Shown here piece by piece: positions 61,350 through 64,000 of a DNA stretch of 64,000 nt. Source of the DNA: an uncultured Thermoleophilaceae bacterium. Its GTDB lineage: Bacteria; Actinomycetota; Thermoleophilia; Solirubrobacterales; Thermoleophilaceae. The stretch covers positions 84,794-148,793 of the forward strand of contig CAVTGV010000003.1 of assembly GCA_963734365.1 (NCBI GenBank), written 5' to 3'. Position 1 is the stretch's first letter. Each line of letters begins with the position of its first letter. The notes below the pieces were generated by a model. The model worked only from the letters and a program-made list of their open reading frames with translations, was not told where the DNA came from and made no database searches. The position numbers were made by a program, and so were the translations under genes.

Positions 61350-62380
61350 GGCGTCATCACGATCTTCAGGGCCTCGCGCCGGTCGTACACCGCGTAGGCC
61401 TCCACCGCGTCCTCGAGCTTCATGTGGTGCGTGACCAGCGGTCCGGGGTCGAGCACACCGGCGTCCAGCATGGCCAGCACGCGATCCACGTGGCCGATCA
61501 CGTTTGCCTGCCCGGTGCGCAGCGTCAGACCCTTGATCCACACGATGCCCATGTGGAGCTCCATGCGCTCGGCGTAGACGCCGGTGGCCGAGACCGTGCC
61601 CGCCTTGCGCGTGACGCGGCACGCCAGCTCGAGGGCGTCGGGATGGCCTACCGCGTCGATCGCGGCGTCCACGCCGCGGCCGTCCGTGGCCTCCCGCACC
61701 GCGCTGCGCGGATCCTCGTCGGTCAGGTGGACCGGCTGGGCGCCGAACGACCGCGCGAGCTCGAGCCGGTCGGCCACGCTGTCGATGGCGAGCACCCGCG
61801 CCGCGCCCGCCGCACGGGCCGCCTGCACCGCACAGAGGCCCACCGGTCCCAGCCCCAGGACGGCGACGCTGTCGCCCGGGCGGATCCCGGCCTGGTCGAC
61901 GGCGTGCCAGCCGGTGCCCATCACGTCGCCCGCGAACAACGCGACGTCGTCCGACATTCCCGGCGGGACCCGTCTCAGCGTGAGGTTGGCGTGCGGCACC
62001 AGCACCTGCTCGGCCTGCGCGCCCTGGAGCGAGCCGAGGGCCTTGCCGTGCCCGAACACGCGGCCATCGTCGCACTGGTGGAAGTCCCCGCGCCGGCAGA
62101 AGAAGCAGTTGCCGCAGGCCGAGCAGTAGCAGCCCAGCACGCGGTCGCCCGGCGCCACCTCGCTCACGCCCTCGCCCGCCGCGAGCACGGTGCCTACGAA
62201 CTCGTGGCCGAGCGTGAAGCCGGGCTCGATCGCGATGCGGCCGTGGTAGAGGTGCAGGTCCGAGCCGCAGACTCCGGTTGCCTCCACTCGGACGATCGCG
62301 TCGTCGCGGGCCTCCAACCCGGGCTCCGGCCGCTCTTCCACCCGGACCTCGCCGGGAGCTTGGAAGGTCACCGCCTGCAT
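61346..62380 (-). CDS. Zinc-dependent alcohol dehydrogenase (MDR family)
   Basis: GVCGSDLH, GHEFVG, structural zinc CxxCxxCxxxxxxxC (CSACGNCFFCRRGDFHQC), GLGPVG. Confidence 0.85.
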   Translation of the reverse strand: MQAVTFQAPGEVRVEERPEPGLEARDDAIVRVEATGVCGSDLHLYHGRIAIEPGFTLGHEFVGTVLAAGEGVSEVAPGDRVLGCYCSACGNCFFCRRGDFHQCDDGRVFGHGKALGSLQGAQAEQVLVPHANLTLRRVPPGMSDDVALFAGDVMGTGWHAVDQAGIRPGDSVAVLGLGPVGLCAVQAARAAGAARVLAIDSVADRLELARSFGAQPVHLTDEDPRSAVREATDGRGVDAAIDAVGHPDALELACRVTRKAGTVSATGVYAERMELHMGIVWIKGLTLRTGQANVIGHVDRVLAMLDAGVLDPGPLVTHHMKLEDAVEAYAVYDRREALKIVMTP

Positions 62381-62407
62381 CCGAGCGCACGCTATAGGGT
62401 CGAGCGC

Positions 62408-62683
62408 ATGACGAACGCCGTCGTGCTCATCAAGGCCGACCGCGCGCAGATGTCCACCCTGGGGAGCGCGCTCGCCGACGTCGACGGAGTGGCCGAGGTG
62501 TACTCGGTCACCGGGGAGTGGGACTTCGTCGCGATGCTGCGTGTGAAGGCCCCGGAGGACCTCGCCGTGCTGGTCACCGAGCGGCTCGCGGGCGTGTCCG
62601 GCATCAGCGACACCTACACCATGGTGGCGTTCGAGATGTTCTCCCAGCACGACATCGAGGCGATGTTCTCCATCGGCGCCTGA
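62408..62683 (+). CDS. Lrp/AsnC ligand-binding-domain-only protein
   Basis: 91 aa. VVLIKADRAQ...VAEVYSVTGEWDFVAMLRV pattern. No HTH. Confidence 0.65.
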   Translation: MTNAVVLIKADRAQMSTLGSALADVDGVAEVYSVTGEWDFVAMLRVKAPEDLAVLVTERLAGVSGISDTYTMVAFEMFSQHDIEAMFSIGA

Positions 62684-62684
62684 G

Positions 62685-63452
62685 GTGCCGGACGCGTTCT
62701 TCTCGCAGGACGGCGATCGCTTCGTTCCCAGCGAGCTCACGCGTGGTCCCTGGGATCCCCAGGCCCAGCACGCCGGGCCGCCGTCCGCGCTGATCGGCCG
62801 AGCGCTCGAGCGCTGCGAGCCGCGCGATGGGATGCGCCTGGGCCGCGTGACCTTCGAGATCCTCCGGCCGGTGCCACTCGAGCCGCTCGTGGTGGACGCC
62901 CGGGTGGTCCGCCCCGGGCGCAGCGTCGAGCTCCTGGAGGCCACCCTGTCGGGACCGGAGGGCGAGCTCGTGCGGGCGCGGGCGTGGCGCCTCGTACCCG
63001 GCGAGCTCCACCTCGAGGAGAGCGCCGGCGAGCAGCCGCCCGGACCGGAGGCGGGCGAGGAGGGTGATTTCTTCCCCACCGGCGAGCCCGTCGGCTACCA
63101 CACAGGCATGGAGTACCGCTTCGTGACCGGCGGCTTCCTGGAGCCGGGGCCGGCCACGGTCTGGATGCGTATGCGCGTCCCCCTCGTCGAGGGCGAGGAG
63201 CCCACCCAGCTGCAGCGGGTGCTGGTGGCCGCCGACTCCGGAAACGGTGTGAGTGCGGCCCTCGACTGGCGCCGCTACATCTTCATCAACACCGACCTGA
63301 GCGTGCACCTGTTGCGCGAGCCGAGCGGTCACTGGGTGTGCCTGGACGCGGTGACCCATGTCGACGGCCTGGGCCTGGCGGACACCGCCCTGTGGGACGA
63401 GAACGGCCGCATCGGCCGGGCGGCCCAGACCCTGCTCGTACGGGAGCGCTAG
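62685..63452 (+). CDS. Thioesterase-superfamily (double hotdog, TesB-like) protein
   Basis: 255 aa. WDPQAQHAGPPSALIGRA...VVRPGRSVELLEATL pattern by recall. GTG start 1 nt after the upstream stop. Confidence 0.6.
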   Translation: MPDAFFSQDGDRFVPSELTRGPWDPQAQHAGPPSALIGRALERCEPRDGMRLGRVTFEILRPVPLEPLVVDARVVRPGRSVELLEATLSGPEGELVRARAWRLVPGELHLEESAGEQPPGPEAGEEGDFFPTGEPVGYHTGMEYRFVTGGFLEPGPATVWMRMRVPLVEGEEPTQLQRVLVAADSGNGVSAALDWRRYIFINTDLSVHLLREPSGHWVCLDAVTHVDGLGLADTALWDENGRIGRAAQTLLVRER

Positions 63453-63515
63453 CGGGCCGGAGGCCCCCCGTCCCTAGACTCTCGCGGTCGCATCGGAGAA
63501 CTAGGAGTCTGAAAC

Positions 63516-63935
63516 GTGGCGTATTTCAACGACGCGGACGAGGTCTACGAGTACATCGGCCGTCTGTTCCGCGAGCTGTCGCAGGACGAGGAGCTGGCCC
63601 CCAAGTTCCGCAAGGCCAACACGATCGTGCAGTACCGGTACCGCGAGCCGGAGTCACAGATCACGGTCAGCATGGTGGAGGGCGAGGAGGGCCAGGTGGA
63701 TTGCGGCGAGACAGCCCTGGAGCCCGAGGTGGTGATGACCATGGACGCCGACACCGCCCACCGCTTCTGGCTGGGCAAGGTCAACGTGACCGTCGCCCTC
63801 GCACGCGGGCAGATGAAGGCCCAGGGCCCGGTGGCCAAGATCCTCAAGCTGGTCCCGCTGGTCAAGCCGGTCTTCCCGCGCTACCGGGCGATCCTCCAGG
63901 ACGCGGGCCGCGACGACCTGCTGAAAGCGGCATGA
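63516..63935 (+). CDS. SCP2 sterol-binding domain protein
   Basis: FWLGKVNVTVALARGQMKAQGPVAKILKL is typical of SCP2. Confidence 0.7.
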   Translation: MAYFNDADEVYEYIGRLFRELSQDEELAPKFRKANTIVQYRYREPESQITVSMVEGEEGQVDCGETALEPEVVMTMDADTAHRFWLGKVNVTVALARGQMKAQGPVAKILKLVPLVKPVFPRYRAILQDAGRDDLLKAA

Positions 63936-64000
63936 GCGAGCCCTCCGCCCTGGACGCCCTGCCGCTCAAGGGGTTCAAGGACTTCTACCAGTACGCGTCG
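63932..64000 (+). CDS. Unknown protein, 5' end only (runs off the window)
   Basis: ATG 63932 overlaps the SCP2 stop (ATGA). MSEPSALDALPLKGFKDFYQYA... Confidence 0.3.
   Translation, partial: MSEPSALDALPLKGFKDFYQYAS

Overview
GC-rich chromosomal window, roughly 70% GC by eye (not computed), with gene content that looks Actinomycetota-like (inference only). I saw no rRNA, CRISPR array, transposase or IS element. There is one tRNA, tRNA-Pro(CGG). Layout: (1) 1-13.5 kb holds housekeeping and regulatory genes: ligA tail, PBP4, patatin, aminotransferase, acyl-CoA synthetase, Nif3, an ECF sigma fused to a ZAS anti-sigma domain, and MarR, LysR and GNAT genes. (2) 13.5-18.5 kb is a compositionally atypical block. 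It carries a ~3 kb gene made largely of 33-bp (11-codon) acidic tandem repeats, broken by several 1-nt indels. Next to it is a gene combining a peptidoglycan-binding domain, a TM helix and a serine-recombinase-like domain that lacks its catalytic residues. (3) 21-43 kb is a dense tetrahydromethanopterin (H4MPT)/methanofuran C1 island: fae, mtdB, mch, fhcBADC and more than 10 cofactor-biosynthesis genes. A glutamine-synthetase-like gene shares the fae operon. (4) 43-52.6 kb holds a PQQ alcohol dehydrogenase of the methanol/ethanol family. It has the D-Y-D lanthanide-type signature, no recognisable signal peptide, and a cupredoxin-like partner gene. Metal-handling genes (MntP-like, ChrB-like, P-type ATPase) follow, then pqqABCDE; the 24-codon pqqA is not in the ORF track. 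(5) 52.6-64 kb holds a diiron R2-like protein, a methyltransferase, tRNA-Pro, a PQQ-dependent sugar dehydrogenase lipoprotein, a hydroxyproline catabolism cluster, and other genes. A recurring theme is that many well-recognised genes (mfnB, citG-like, the PQQ-ADH, mntP-like, the P-type ATPase, pqqB, the repeat gene) are interrupted by single-base frameshifts. This means either local assembly indel errors or real gene decay, and the sequence alone cannot separate the two. Many long ORFs in the supplied track are antisense or shadow ORFs typical of high-GC DNA and were rejected. All family assignments rest on motif and sequence recall; no searches were run.
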